Below are positions 26,653-40,250 of a stretch of 60,000 nt of DNA, in pieces. The notes below the pieces were generated by a model. The model did not search any database. It saw only the letters and a list, made by a program, of their open reading frames with translations, and had not been told where the DNA came from. This DNA comes from Malacoraja senta (Eukaryota), in the NCBI GenBank assembly GCA_038087875.1, contig CM075990.1:10232001-10292000 (forward strand), read 5' to 3'. The first letter of the stretch is position 1, and every line of letters begins with the position of its first letter. A program made the position numbers and the translations under genes.

Positions 26653-27093
26653 GGTAGACAAAAAAAGCTGGAGAAAATCAGCGGGTGAGGCTACATCTAT
26701 GGAGCGAAGGAATACACGACGTTTCAGGTCGAAACCCTTCTTCGGACTGATGTCCTGGGGTGGGGGCGGGAAAAGGAAGAGGCGAAGACAGTAGGCTGTG
26801 GGAGAGCTAGGTATGTGATGGGAAGGAGGGAGAAAGCAAGGACTACCTGAAATTGGAGAAGCCAATGTTCATACTGCTGGCGTGTAAATGACCCAAACAA
26901 AATGTGAGGTGCTGTTCCTCCAATTTGCAGTGGGCCTCACTCTAGGCATGGAGAAAGCCCAGGACAGAAAGGTCGGATTCAGAATGGGAGGGGGAGTTGA
27001 AGTGCTGAGCCACTGGGAGATCAGGTTGGTTATTGCGAACTGAGTGGAGGTGTTGTGCAATGCGATTGCCAAACCTGCGCTTGGTCTCACCGA
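26653..27093 (-). mobile_element. Penelope (Neptune) 3' fragment: GIY-YIG C-terminal part plus tail
   Basis: GETKRRFGNRIAQHLHSVRNNQPDLPVAQHFNSPSHS; closely parallels 48960-49419. Confidence 0.9.
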
Positions 27094-28827
27094 GGTTGAT
27101 CATACGTTGAATAATCCAACCACATTTTTGTTTGGAAGTGGAAAGAAATAATAAAAATTGCATTCATTGCAACGTGTAAAAAGAGTTGAGATACTGTATT
27201 ATAATTTTGCTGCATGTCATTGTGGTATATATCATGTCTTGATTGGTGAATATGTTTAGTTTGTGACTTTATTTGAAGCAGAAATAATATGCGAATGCTT
27301 CATTGAGCATAATTCCGACTGGTAATTACGCACTTCGTCTGAGCACATTATTGCACCCGTCATGCAAGCCATCTTAAATGACCACCTAAACTGTTAGGTG
27401 GTCATTTAAGACCACCTAACAGCTGCCTAGGTTGCCCGGCTGGAAACAGAGAAAAACAGTTAAGCGAGAGCCCTGAAGTACAAAAGGTTACTGTGAGTTA
27501 CCGCCAGCAAACTGTAACCACCATCTGCACGGTCATTCCAACACGGTTGGAGAGACGCACGCACAAGCAATCCACACCAAAGGTTGTATCATCCGAGCAG
27601 TGACTGATCACTTCTGCACACGGTGACTTTGCAGCATGGTTATGTGCACTTAAAACTAAACAGGCCTTTTGAATGGATCCAGGAGAGGCTTCAATGCTGG
27701 GGCACCAACTCCCCTGTCATCATGCGACTGCTAAAAGACATGCTGCAGTAATTTACCTTTGCGGAGGAATGACAGTTGTGAGTTCACAGACCCCCTTTTT
27801 CCAGTGTGTGTTAACACATTTCACAGGTCACAAGAGAGTGAAACAATGAAGCCAGGGTGGGCAGCAGGGGTTGGGAGGCAGCAGGAATAAATCAATTCAC
27901 TGTGGTGTATGTGCGAGAGGTTTTCCATCACGTGAAACTAAGATATGGATATTAACCGCATGGAATATATCCCATGAGTTCATTTCTTGGATAGAACGAG
28001 ACTGCTTGGATTAGACTACTCCTGATGCAGGCAAGCATTATCGAAAGTGAATGAAACAGCAGGGCTAACTAGGTACAACATTGACCTAAAGTACTATCAA
28101 AACCCAAATACTTAAAATCCTTTCCCACTGCCCCTTTTGAAACCCATCTCCAAGCCAACATTTCCAACCTACTAATGACACTGGGCTATAATATTAGTCC
28201 ACCATAGTTCTGCATTCTATGAGAATGCTCTCAAATATTTCCTATGTCCTTACAGGGCTGAAAGAGGCAATTTGGCCTGTCAACTCTATGTTGGCTCTCA
28301 AAGCAATCTCGTCAATTCTGCGCCCACTTATTTTCCCATAATTTGCTTTCTCACACAATACTCATCAACACCACGCCGTTCACCTCAATTTTCCTACCAC
28401 CCATTAACAAGAGAGACAATTTACAGTTGGCAATAATTCTACTAACCATCATGTCTTCATGATTTAGGATAGACTGGAGCTTCCAAAGAAACATCAGCAT
28501 GTTCACAAGGAGAATACACAAATCATACCCAGATAACCAGGTTCAACCTGGATCTCTGTAACAGTGGGTCAACAATACTCTTACATCACTGCACCACTGC
28601 AAAGGATTTTCTCATTTCAATGGTGCACAGCGGCCAGACTCAATTCATAATTCTGCATCTCTCCGCTCCCCAAAGAGACCAAAAATTTCAGACTGATTGT
28701 AGATCACTGAAATAAATGCTCAGAAAACGTCAGCAGTGAGGTGAGCAAGCATGGCTCTATCAATAACAGCCAGAGTTCTAATTTTCACATGTCTGCACTG
28801 GCTGAGCAAACAGCTGTTAGCAAACAA

Positions 28828-29047
28828 AGGTAGACACAAAATGCTGGAGTAACTCAGCGGGACGGGCAGCATCTCTGGGGAGAAGGAATGGGTGATGTTT
28901 CGGGTCGAGACTCTTCTTCAGACTGAAGGGACTCGACCCGAAACGTCACCCATTCCTTCTCTCCAGAGATGCTGCCTGTCCCGCTGAGTTACTCCAGCAT
29001 TTTGTGTCTACCTTCGATTTAAATCAGCATCTGCAGTTCTTTCCTAC
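28828..29047. mobile_element. Fold-back Penelope-tail element, 18-bp TSD
   Basis: About 90-bp near-perfect inverted arms; TSD acagctgttagcaaacaa at 28810-28827 and 29048-29065. Confidence 0.9.
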
Positions 29048-29419
29048 ACAGCTGTTAGCAAACAACAGGCAAATCTAAACGTGGCAGACAGGAGCAAGAG
29101 GACCGAATTAATAATGTGAAATGAGTAGGATTAATGCGAGTGCTCCAAGATCTGACATGGACTGGATGGGCCAAATGGCCTTCTGTGCAATAATGAAGTA
29201 TAGGAACTATGGAATGAATTTCATTTAATGCACACACGTATTCTAGATCAATGATTACCAGCATTTTGAAACATGTTTGCAGTTCATTCTGTAGTCTTTA
29301 GTAATACATTTTCATTTAATTTTGAGCAATTTTTGTTTAATCCAACAACATGTGTTTCTGTGAGTAAAGTTTCTGTGACTCCAGTGCTTAGTGAAGAGCA
29401 GGATCTATTCTGTCAGCTA

Positions 29420-29610
29420 AAAAATAAAGTGCTGGAAGAGCCCAGTGGGTCAGACAACATCTGTGGAGAAAAATCGCCAGACAGCATTTTGGGTCAGGAC
29501 CCTCCTTCAGCCGAACCGAGATGTTGTTTGTCCATTTCCCTCCACAGCTCCGCCTGACCCGCTGACTTTCTCCAGATTGTTTTTTACTCAAGATTCCAGC
29601 ATCTACGGTC
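29420..29610. mobile_element. Older, degenerate fold-back Penelope-tail element
   Basis: Same architecture with many substitutions. Confidence 0.6.
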
Positions 29611-29629
29611 TACATTCTGCCAATTATCA

Positions 29630-29850
29630 GTCTGGCTCTCTGATGCAGTTCTGGGAGACTGCACAGTTGGAAGTGGTGTCTTTTGGATGCGAAGTTAAAC
29701 TCGGGTCCCATCTCTCCACTAAGGCGAATAGCAAAGATTCCATGGAATTATTTTAACGAAGAGCAGAAGTTCTCCTGTGCCCATTATCCATTAACCGACA
29801 CAACTATTAAAAAATCATCTGTTACCAATAGCATATGACTGAGAGCCACA
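29630..29850 (+). mobile_element. DeuSINE-like fragment
   Basis: ttttggatgcgaagttaaactcgggtccc...aaagattccatggaattattttaacgaagagcag. Confidence 0.6.
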
Positions 29851-31139
29851 GATTGCCATCTGCAAGGTAGGTGATATCTAGTTATCCTGACTTCTCACTT
29901 AGACAAGAGTTTCCTGAGTTCCCTTCTGAGAGACTTAAAGCTCCGTTAAACACTTGTCATTCGTGAAGGGTGCAGTGAAATCATCAACTCCTGCAAAAGT
30001 GGAATTGGAGAACAACCTCAGATAATAAATATTTCAGATCTTGATTTCAGTCCAAGCAATTTCACTGGAATAACACTGGATCTGGAAAACATTTAGCCAA
30101 GAAGATTCCTCTTGTGCTTTAAGTAGTTTTAGAAAAACACTTTTGTTTTGAAGTAAACCTTGTCGCTGTGAATCAGTCACCGAGCTGAATGTACATATAC
30201 AAAGGCTGAAAGGTGGGTTACAGTCAACACATGTTATTTGCCCCTTGTAACCAACAAGGAAGAACAACAACTGGTGTGTGCACAGCAAAATCTCCAAACT
30301 GCATGGGAATAACCTCAATAATCAACTTCTTGTAATATTGTTTAAGGAATAAACAGCCGGGTTCATTGCCATACTCACAAGCACAGTGAGGTTACAGGTA
30401 CAATAAAAAACCTCGCTTGCACCAGCTTTGCTGACACTCAAAGTCAAATTTTGACTCAAATTTGTAATCTCCAAATTTCTATGTGGGTCTTGAACCTGGA
30501 ACCTTTTGTCTCCCTGTTAGATGACAAGATGCTCTCCACTGAACCACTGACAGCAAGTCTCAAGCAATGCAATAATCGTCCTAAACCTCCTAACAAAGCA
30601 GCTCCTCTTTAAAACCTACCCCTTTGATCTTGTCTTGTTCAAATATTTCATGCTTCCTGACATTACCTCAGGATTAACCACCAAATTGCTGTAGCCTCTG
30701 AAGTGTCTTGGAATCCTTAGAGGTCACATTAGGTGGTCCACGTATGTGCATTCTTTCTTTGTTTGGCTTGGTATTATTCTTGGCTTCTGTAAACCTTTGG
30801 GACATTTTTAATATATTTGAACACACAATATAAATGCTAGTTATACGATGGAGAGGTGTGAATATTGCACAATATTAGATATCGTGTACTGCAATGAATC
30901 CCGGCTCTCTTGAACGAAAGCCACAGTTGTTCACACTTGATGAAATACATGAACCCTCCCCTTACCGCAAATGCCTCATCATTTCAAGGGATGCTCATTT
31001 CATGGAGTTGGGGCAGTCAATTTTTTCCCAGTGACCAACAATTCTGCAGCTGAGGCAGATGGAAGTCGGCATGATCTTATTAATGATTAGTCTTTTGTTA
31101 ACCTTTCAACTGAATTACCTAAATATTACCAAACTATCA

Positions 31140-31620
31140 GGTAATATCCGACTCCTTTTCAACCAATATCTATTAAAAGCCAACAGACTTTCTCCAAAAT
31201 CTTGACTAACCTCCTCCCAATCCACATCTTCATTCCTTCAGTACTCCATTCATTTTCGCCGTTTCTGTGGTTCTGTTGAATTTGAATCCATCTTTCACAT
31301 CAGTGCTTCTGAGATGTCCTCATTTCTCTTAAACCTTAATTTTTGCTCTGCCAAGGCTCACAAGGCTCCTGATTGTGCCTTTCCCCACTCTCTCCTGGTC
31401 TTTCATCGACAAGAATAAGGTTTCCCTTTGTCCTCTCCTTCCATTCAACAGCCGTCTTGTTCAATACACCATCCTCTGTATTACAGCATAATTCCACCAC
31501 CAGACACATCTACCCTCTTTTCAACCTATGCCTACTCCACTCCAGAACCAAGTTCACAATGGTTTCAGACATCGAATTGCAGGCAACATTTACCTGTGCC
31601 AATATTTGGAAGTAGAGCTT
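31140..31620 (+). mobile_element. Highly decayed Penelope-like element fragment
   Basis: Nucleotide similarity to 48400-48720 (tctgagatgtcctcattt; ccctttgtcctctccttcca; ccaccaccagacacatct). Confidence 0.6.
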
Positions 31621-33267
31621 CAAAACATTGTTTACTGGGGACCACTAAAGGCCAAACTTCACCTTAGGAGCCAACGCTTAGTGAAGCTAGACATCAGTGG
31701 TGAAATTCAACATTGCCTTCAGACGTCGAATGAGGAAGAATTTTTGAAGATTAGGACCTCAAACCTGGTACAAAAGCTTTGATCTACATCAGTGATCCCT
31801 GCCCTCCCACATGCCTTATATGCAACCTACAGCATCACCTCTGTGCTGGAGAGACACCAACATGCTGACTTCACAAAATCTTCCAAACCCACCAGCAAAA
31901 TAACCGAATCAATGACTAGAGTTCTCTTCCCAGCCTGCATTCCCAACACTGAGGCCCAAAATACACTCAGCAAGCCCCATCACTCACATACCCAATTACA
32001 GACTCCTGAAACCCACAATGCACACAAGTTCTGCTTCAGCTGCAGGATTATCAGGTGGACAGGGGAAACAGTTTATGCATGTGTAATTTCTCCATCCATT
32101 CATTGGCAACTCTGGCCCATGATGTTTGAAAATGGAGAAGGAGCATTCAGGCTAGATTGAGAACTCTGAGTCTATTTATTAGGACAACACAGAATCCTGG
32201 CATAAATAAGGATATCAGTGCATCAGGCATGTCCTGTCATTCTTGTGTCTGAGGCTACAGCTCCCACATCAACCTCAATGGTCACTTGAAAGCAAACAAA
32301 ACTGAAATGAAAACAAGTCCTTCTTGACCTTTAGGGATTTCCTAAGATATAGAGATATGGAATACTGCTCTCAAGATTGGGGTATAGGCACTTGGATCAG
32401 TTTAATGGCACAAGAAATTGCCTATGTTGGTTGTATTCATAAAAGGGTAAAACATTTTATTGACGGGTAGAAACAGTCTTGGTTCTCACAAATGTCAATG
32501 ATTAGTTTGTCAACAATACCCAGAAAAATTAAACAGCTAAAATGTGCAGAGGCAACTTTTACTATGCATCATGTCATCTAAAAATAAAGGCAAGAACCAA
32601 TGAAAAAAAATTCTGTTGGTGAAAACCCATTAATTCACAACAGTGTGAATGTTCTTATTGTGTTAAAACAGCAAAGTAAAATGTTTTCCGTCCAATCCTG
32701 CAATCTCACATGTATTCACCACCAAATGGCTGCAATCTTGTCTGAAACTTTTGTTCTTGTTTCCACTGTATTTTTCTTCAAATAATAGTAGACACAAATC
32801 TCTGCATGTATTTACTAAACACAGTAGAAACAAAGTGCAGTGAAAGAAAAATCCAGTTGACAGAGGATGTATTTCCTTTGGTGACGATTTAATCTTGTAC
32901 CTTGGTGATCTCCCATTTCAGAAAACTGACCCTTCCTATTGTTTGGCTGTCACTTCCCAGTTCCACACACAACCACGTACTTCCACTGGAAGTGACAAGT
33001 ACACAAAAGAAACATTATGGTCTTCCAGTGTGTATACAACCAACCAGATAGCTTATCCATTACAGAAAGGGGTAACAAAATAAAACTCTGCCATTGGTCA
33101 TTTTGTCTGGCATCACTTCCTTCTCCTGTCACTTCAGACCATTCAAAATTATGTCAGCAGCCTGTAAACGAAGCAGAAATCTAGCGCAGTGTGCACATCT
33201 CATCACTGAGTGAGCTGCATCAATTCAAAGGTTTTTCTTATTCGCATGTAAAATCCAGTTGGAATTA

Positions 33268-33500
33268 CATAGATACATAGATACATAGAAAATAGGTGCA
33301 GGAGTAGGCCATTCGGCCCTTCGAGCCTGCACCGCCATTCAATATGATCATGGCTGATCATCCAACTCAGTATCCCGTACCTGCCTTCTCTCCATACCCC
33401 CTGATCCCTTTACCCACAAGGGCCACATCTAACTCCCTCTTAAATATAGCCAATGAACTGGCCTCAACTACCCTCTGTGGCAGAGAGTTCCAGAGATTCA
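33268..33500 (-). mobile_element. Young CR1 3' end
   Basis: NLWNSLPQRVVEASSLAIFKRELDVAL...GYGEKAGTGY*; (atagatac)n tail. Confidence 0.9.
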
Positions 33501-33677
33501 TTGGTGGGGAGGGGGCGAAGAGAAATGGAAATTGGGCTTGATGAACAGTGAGGGTTTGTGAATGGTGGGGGTGGGGGTGGGGGGTGTGCAAGGTCCCCAA
33601 ATTAATGGGGGAAATCAATTATTCCAATAGAAGGGAATGAGAGCTGTTTGCTGAGGTATCCGAATCAAGGAAAGGCT

Positions 33678-33831
33678 AGGTCTGAAGGTCTGAAGGAAAG
33701 GTCTGAAGAAGGGTCTCGACTCAAAACGTCACCTATTCCTTTTCTCCAGAGATGCAGTCTGACCCACTGAGTTACTCCAGCTTTTTGTGTCTATCTTCAT
33801 TTTAAACCAGCATCTGCTGTTCCTTTCTACA
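33678..33831 (+). mobile_element. Penelope-tail mini-insertion with stuttered 5' end
   Basis: aggtctgaag repeated three times before gggtctcgactcaaaacgtcacc. Confidence 0.8.
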
Positions 33832-34559
33832 CTAGCTGAGGAAGTGTTGAGTAGTGAATCAAAGAAGGTTTGCAGTCAGTTGTCAGGTAAGGAGTTGTAA
33901 GATCAGGACCTGGATATTCAGATATTCAGGGGTTAGGTGAGGGTTGTGAGATCAAATAGTTGGGAAGAGATGGGGGTGAGGTTATGATGTTGCAAGGATC
34001 AGCTTGCAGACATCAGGTGAATTACCACCAGTCAGTTGTCCAGCATGGGCTGGGACTTGCTCAGGATGACCCTTATAAAATCTTACTGCTGTATTTGGTT
34101 GATCTGACAATATGCAGAGAATGGCAAACTTAGGCCTGTGGACTAATTTCACAAAATCAGAATGCAGAGGGTAGTGCCCATCCAAACCAGTAAAAGCAAT
34201 TTATGATCGCAGGGTTCCCATTGAAATTTAGGAATGGGGCAATTCCACTCATGCTTCCCAATTGCAGTATGGAAATAAAATGTGCCATTCTACATGTAGC
34301 ACTGAGAAAAGCATGCTAGGCTATCTATTTTCCAAGCATCAGAGACTCGCAAGGATGCAACACAATTCATGCATGGGAACTCTTCCATTCCCCATTATTA
34401 ACATGTGAAGAGAAAGTTAGTTCTTCTGATCGATAAAGGTACTTATCTTCGGCTGTTCAGACTCTAAACATGGTGTTTGTAGCATTTGTAGTATTCTAGA
34501 GTGCTACGGAGAAATATTATCTTCATTGACTAATCCTACAACAGTTTTTGGATCGGATG

Positions 34560-35075
34560 TTGACGCAGTAACAGGCACATTGGCCCAGAATGTCCGTGCC
34601 AAACATGATGCCAAATTAAACTAACCCCTTCTATCTGTGGATGGTTCATATCCCACCATTCCATGCACATTCACTTGCCTATTCAAAAGCCTCTTAAATG
34701 TTACTATCGCAACTGCCTCCACCACCACCCCTAACAGCGTATTCCAGGTATCCACCATTCTGTGTAAAATAAAACACACATCTCCTGCAAAATTTTTCCC
34801 TCTCAACTTAAACCGATGCCCTCTAAAATCTGACATTTCCATCCTGGGAAAAGTATTCCGACAGTTTACCCTAACTATGCTTCTCATAATTTTATAAACT
34901 TCCATCAGGTTCCCACTCAACCACCGAAGCTCCAGAGGAAACAATCCAAGTTTGGCCAAACTCTCTTTGTAGCTAATACTCTTTAATCCAGGCAGTCTCC
35001 TGGTAAACCTCTTCTACGCCCTCTCCAAAGCCTTCACATCCTTCCTGTAATGGGGCAGCCAGAACTGAACACAAT
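34560..35075 (-). mobile_element. CR1 3' fragment
   Basis: ORF 34621..34959(-) KLGLFPLELRWLSGNLMEVYKIM...RGHRFKLRG. Confidence 0.85.
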
Positions 35076-37189
35076 ACGGATTGTTCTGCAAATAAATTTA
35101 TACTGAGAGATTCTGACATTGCATAAAATTATGTGCCGAAGAAGTCGCACTCGCTTTTCTTGGTTTCCAGTTGATTTATTAGAGAACATTTGCAAAGAAA
35201 TTCCACAGAAGCACAGCATTGGTGTTTACAACCCCTCTAGTCCAGACCTTGAATTTATTGGTGCCCTTATCTCCTCCCCAGCTCAGTAACGGAGACAAAC
35301 TGACTGTCAAACTTAGTAGTATATAGAAGCAGGACTTGGAACCTCTCCAGGATCCTACTTTTAAAAGTGGCCAAGTATTTAAATAATATGGGATACCAGT
35401 GTGGTTACTTCACCACATTGCTATCTCTGTTTAGCTTGGAAGACAATATGAGGCTGCACTCCACATGTTCCATGAACAAGTTGAATCATAGGCAGTACTT
35501 CACCCATCTCTCGGGCTTTGTTTCAATTCAACCACATTCCCAGTTCATGCAAGTTGGCTTGAAGCCACCTGCGAGCATCTATTTAAGAGATTTCCTTTAC
35601 TGGATAAAGTTAGACAGGGGGCATTTGAAAGGCGATCCTGTTGGAGATAAAAGTTCAGTACAAATTAAAAAAGCAAATGCAGAATATTAATTTGAATTAA
35701 GTTGCAAGACTAGGATATAAAGAGACGGTCTCAAGCTGGTAAACAGTCAAGTTAATTTTCACACATGCCTGTTAAGTCATGTCATTTATGTAAGAGTGTA
35801 GTCAATGTGAAATGTTGATTAAATCTTTTCACGTGCAGAGTTAACTATAAGAAATAATGATACATTGTGGTAAGCACACAAATTTGGAAAGAACGATCCT
35901 TGCTCTACAGCTTCTCGATTTATGGGGAAAAATAATTGGTTCTGCTCATTTTCACCGTAAATTCCCATCCGTATTTACAATGGAAACTGACTGAATGTGT
36001 CAAGCATGTAATGACAGCCTCTCCCCTGTGGAAGTGCTGCACTAGCTTGACTGCCAGGGTGCTGTCATTACTGCAGGAATTTAGAAGATAAACTTTCACC
36101 TAAAAAGAACTCCGAGGCTGTGGAATTCACTGCCAGAGCTTGGGGATTGTTACACAGAAATATCAATACTGGAGATTGGGTTGGATGTGTTAATGAAGCA
36201 AAAACAGATAAATGAATATGAATGGGTTGGTGCATGTGAACTCTATTTACCATTGCGAGAGTAAAAGCCCTAACAGAGCCTGATTGAGTCAAGTAAGTTA
36301 TTTGCCCAGTTTAATATGAATGTGCAGCTTTACAACAGAGGCTGTACTCCTTTCAAGAGTCCTGGTTCAAAATATTGCCGTGTCTGGACAACACTTCCTG
36401 TGTGCCACAGAGATTGCCAGTATGTGTAAACTATTCAATGGCAGGACTGGGACACCTGGTCTTCCTTGGCGCAGAGTCATATCCAAGTGTGCTCTCAACT
36501 TGTCACAGTATTCCTCAAGATTTCTCCATTTCGTGGTGATGTTAAATCAACTTATACAGTAAGTTAAGTATAAAACCTCATTACTGCGTGATAGTAACAA
36601 TGCTTCTGTTACAAGCGATGCAATCATGTATTTTCCAGATGTTTATGCAATCAACATTTCGAATGCCGGAGATTTTAAGATGGTTTTCAAACCCAGTTTC
36701 CCTTCAGCTTAAAACTCCAGCGTCTGTGGATTTCTGTGGACCAGGAATTCTAACTCTTTTATGCCGGTGTCAAATTCCTTTCTCTAATTTACATTGGATG
36801 TCCCCTGCTTCTCATCAGATTGACTGTGGGAATATCACAGCCAGATTTACATCTTCCAAAAGCAACAAAGCAGTCAATATTTTAAAATGCGTACATTTAA
36901 ATTGCCCATTAAAGGAACCGCATCATTTAGTAAATTTAAAAAAATGTTTAAAATGACCCTGGCCCAGAAGTTATTCGGCTTGTCGTTACTTTGAGATTGC
37001 CTCAAGTGAACTTACTCACAAGTTTGTGGATCTTTCTGGATCCCTTCACATTATCTTCACTCCCTTCTTTTGCTTGCTCATGCTCACTCTTTCTTTCACT
37101 CAGTTACAATGACTCAAACTCACATATTTCCACACTTTCGCTCAAAACCTGGTAGTTTTTGCTGGGAAGAAAGAGTTCCATTTTTGTTT

Positions 37190-37365
37190 GTGTGTAGGAA
37201 TGAACTGCGCGGATGCTTGTTTAAACCGAAGGTAGACACAAACATCTGGGAATAGGTGATGTTTCGGGTCTGAAGAAGAGTCTCGACCCAATACTTCAGC
37301 TATTCCTTTTTTCCAGAGATTATGTCTGACCCACTGAGTTAATCCAGCTCTTTGTGTCTATCTTC
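37190..37365. mobile_element. Fold-back Penelope-tail element
   Basis: Inverted tails joined at the hammerhead region (gtttcgggtctgaagaagagtctcgaccc). Confidence 0.75.
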
Positions 37366-38377
37366 CTTTTTTTAGTACTAGTTTGTCAAAGGGTAGGCTT
37401 ATTCTGCTTCCTGTTTTTCAGACAGGGAATGTTAATCTAGCATTGTGGAATGGTTGGATAGATTCCTTAGTAGAAATAAACCTTGTCTATTCCTCAGTGT
37501 GGATGAATACAAGGTGAGTGGGAGGACAATGGTCCTCCTAATCACAATATATTCCTGCCTGACATAGAAAGTGACCACTTGCTCAGCCTAACACTTATGT
37601 TTTGTAGAAACTTCCCTTTGTCCTTTTCACCTACATTTCCTTCTGTTCCTTTCTTCACTAGCTTCTTAAATGCATCTACATTAATCATTTCAAACACCTC
37701 TCATAGTGGCCAGTTTCTCCATTGCCACCAATCTCTGAATAATGCTTCTTCCAAACTGCTAGATTTCCCAGAGACTATCTGTTATCTTATATTTACTCCT
37801 ATAATTCTCCAACATTAAATAAAAACACACCAATAAACATACATTCTTAGTTTGGCAAGAATATTGGTATTCTTGATCTAGTTATTAAGAGAAATGGCTC
37901 GGCTGATGAGTAAGTCAATAACATTTGCCTGAAAATCTTAACTGACTTCACACGTTTATAACTGCTGGGCAGAGATGCAAACACCTGCTGACACACCACC
38001 TTCCCAGTTGCAAAGTACATGAACCATTGTTAGCAGCTTAAAGCCATTTGAATTGCACCAATTCACATGAGAATCAAAGAAAGCCTCACACATCAAACAC
38101 TCAGTTTGCTGGTGACCAGTGTGAACGTCGGTTGAAACATTAGGAACCCAAATTAAAACTTTAAATGATATCTGTACTCAATTTGTTATGTTGCAACTTC
38201 TTCTAACCCACCTCATGGCCGCAGAGTATTTTATTATCCTTCAATATTATAAGAAGGTACAACATAAGCCTCTGTTTCTTGTTTCTGGAGAGTAATAATG
38301 CAAAATGAATAACACTGTAGAAACAAGAGACTACAGAAACTGGAATCTTGAGTAAAAAACAAAGTGCAGGATGAACT

Positions 38378-38625
38378 CAATAGACAATAGACATTAGGTG
38401 TAGGAGTAGGCCATTCGGTCCTTCGAGCCAGCACCGCCATTCAATGTGATCATGGCTGATTATCCCCAATCAGTACCCTGTTTCTGCCTTCTCCCCATAT
38501 CCCCTGACACCGCTCTCTTTAAGAGGCCTATCTAGCTCTCTCTTGAAAGTATCCAGAGAACTGGCCTCCACCGCCCTCTGAGGCAGAGAATTCCACAGAC
38601 TCACAACACTCAGTGTGAAAAACGG
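38378..38625 (-). mobile_element. CR1 3' end inserted into a Penelope-tail element (about 38325-38377 and 38635-38800)
   Basis: (caataga)n tail; host tail continues on both sides (aactca...aactcagcgggc). Confidence 0.75.
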
Positions 38626-39207
38626 TTAGGTGCTGCCTAACTCAGCGGGCTAGGTAGCATCTGTGGATGGAAATGGACAGATGACGTTTCGGGTCGGGAC
38701 CTTCCTTCAGACTGGAAATTGGTCGCAACCTGAAACATTGCCTTTTTATCTCCATCTACAGATACTACCTGATCCACTGACTTCCTCCAGCAGTTTGTTA
38801 TATGCTCATGATATACATTGTACATCTTTCATTCACTTCCTTTCCAATCACTCTGTTCTTACCAGTCCCACCCAAAATTGATGCATCATTTTATTAGCTC
38901 CGAATGGCAACAAAACTCTGAATTTACAGACTAATTTTGGAAAAATATCCAAAAGGGATGCACAGGACAGCTACCCTGCAAAATTTGGCGCAGGAAGGAA
39001 ATAGGGCAGAATATTGAAAATCTGATCAGAGAATTAGATCCAAAAGAGTAGAGCGAAGAGTGACTGAGGTTTGTAGGGATAACATCAGAGCTTGCATGGT
39101 GCTACCGATACTGGCAAGAGCAAGAGGCCCATTGGAGAAGTACAAATTATAGGGTCGGGGATGAAAACCGAGGGAGAGAGGATTGATATTATACTGGGAT
39201 TCAAAAT

Positions 39208-39790
39208 CAATAGACAATAGACAATAGGTGCAGGAGTAGGCCATTCGGCCTTTCGAGCCAGCACCGCCATGGCTGATCATGCACAATCAGTACCCCGTTC
39301 CTGCCTTCTCGCCATATCCCCTGTCTCCACTATCTTTAAGAGCTCTATCTAACTCTCTCTTGAAAGCATCCAGAGAATTGGCCTCCACTTCCTTCTGAGG
39401 CAGAGAATTCCACAGATTCACAACTCTCTGGGTGAAAAAGTTTATCCTCTTCGCCGTTCTAAATGGCCCACCCCTAATTCTTAAACTGTGGCCCCTGGTT
39501 CTGGATTCCCCCAACATCGGGAACATGTTTCCTGCCTCTAGCGTGTCCAATCCCTTAATAATCTTACATGTTTCAATAAGATCCCCTCTTGTCCTTCTAA
39601 ATTCCAGAGTATACAAGCCCAGCCGCTCCATTCTATCAACATATGACAGTCCAGCCATCCCGGGAATTAACCTTGTGAACCTGCGCTGCACTCCCTCAAC
39701 ATCAAGAATGTCCTTCCTCAAACGTGGAGACCACAACTGCACACAATACTCCAAGTGTGGTCTCACTAGGGCCCTGTACAACTGCTCCTA
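39208..39790 (-). mobile_element. Young 5'-truncated CR1 LINE
   Basis: Intact 164-aa ORF2 C-terminus YRALVRPHLEYCVQLWSP...GYGEKAGTGY*; (caataga)n tail. Confidence 0.92.
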
Positions 39791-40250
39791 TGCTCTATTC
39801 TGCTTGTTATGAAGGCCAACATAACAAGTTGACAAGAAATTTCCATTTCAGGTATTTTTAGGGTACAAATGTGTGACTGTTAGGCAACAGGCAACACAGA
39901 GTGCTGGCTGATCTAAAACAAATATTTTTTATCTCAATCATTCCAATCAATTATCTGCCTTATTGCAGTTATCATGGCAAAGAAATAACCAATTGCCTTG
40001 AAGCTAGAGGCACAGCATGAGCGTTTATACAAGTTTGTGGTTGCCAACCAGGATTGTCCTGAAAACTTCAGGTATTAACGATGAATTGTTCTTACTGGGG
40101 TGTTCTGGCTGTTCAATGGAGAACATAGACGAGTCCAGCACAGGAACACGCCCTTAGCCCCAATAACTGTGCCAAACATGATGCCAACATAAACTAATCT
40201 CATCTGCCTGCGCATGCTCCATATCACTCCATTCCCTGCATATCCATGTA

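Larger units (their letters stand above)
24113..27475 (+). mobile_element. Non-autonomous hAT5-like DNA transposon, copy 1 (5-bp TSD aagta), mosaic interior
   Basis: Ends cagggctcgaaattaac and gttaagcgagagccctg; aagta at 24108-24112 and 27476-27480; 27094-27475 matches 41922-42295 inverted. Confidence 0.75.

Noticed and set aside
36008..36071. 11-bp inverted repeat gtaatgacagc / gctgtcattac
   Set aside because: Short arms with a poorly pairing 42-nt spacer; insufficient support for a miRNA or element
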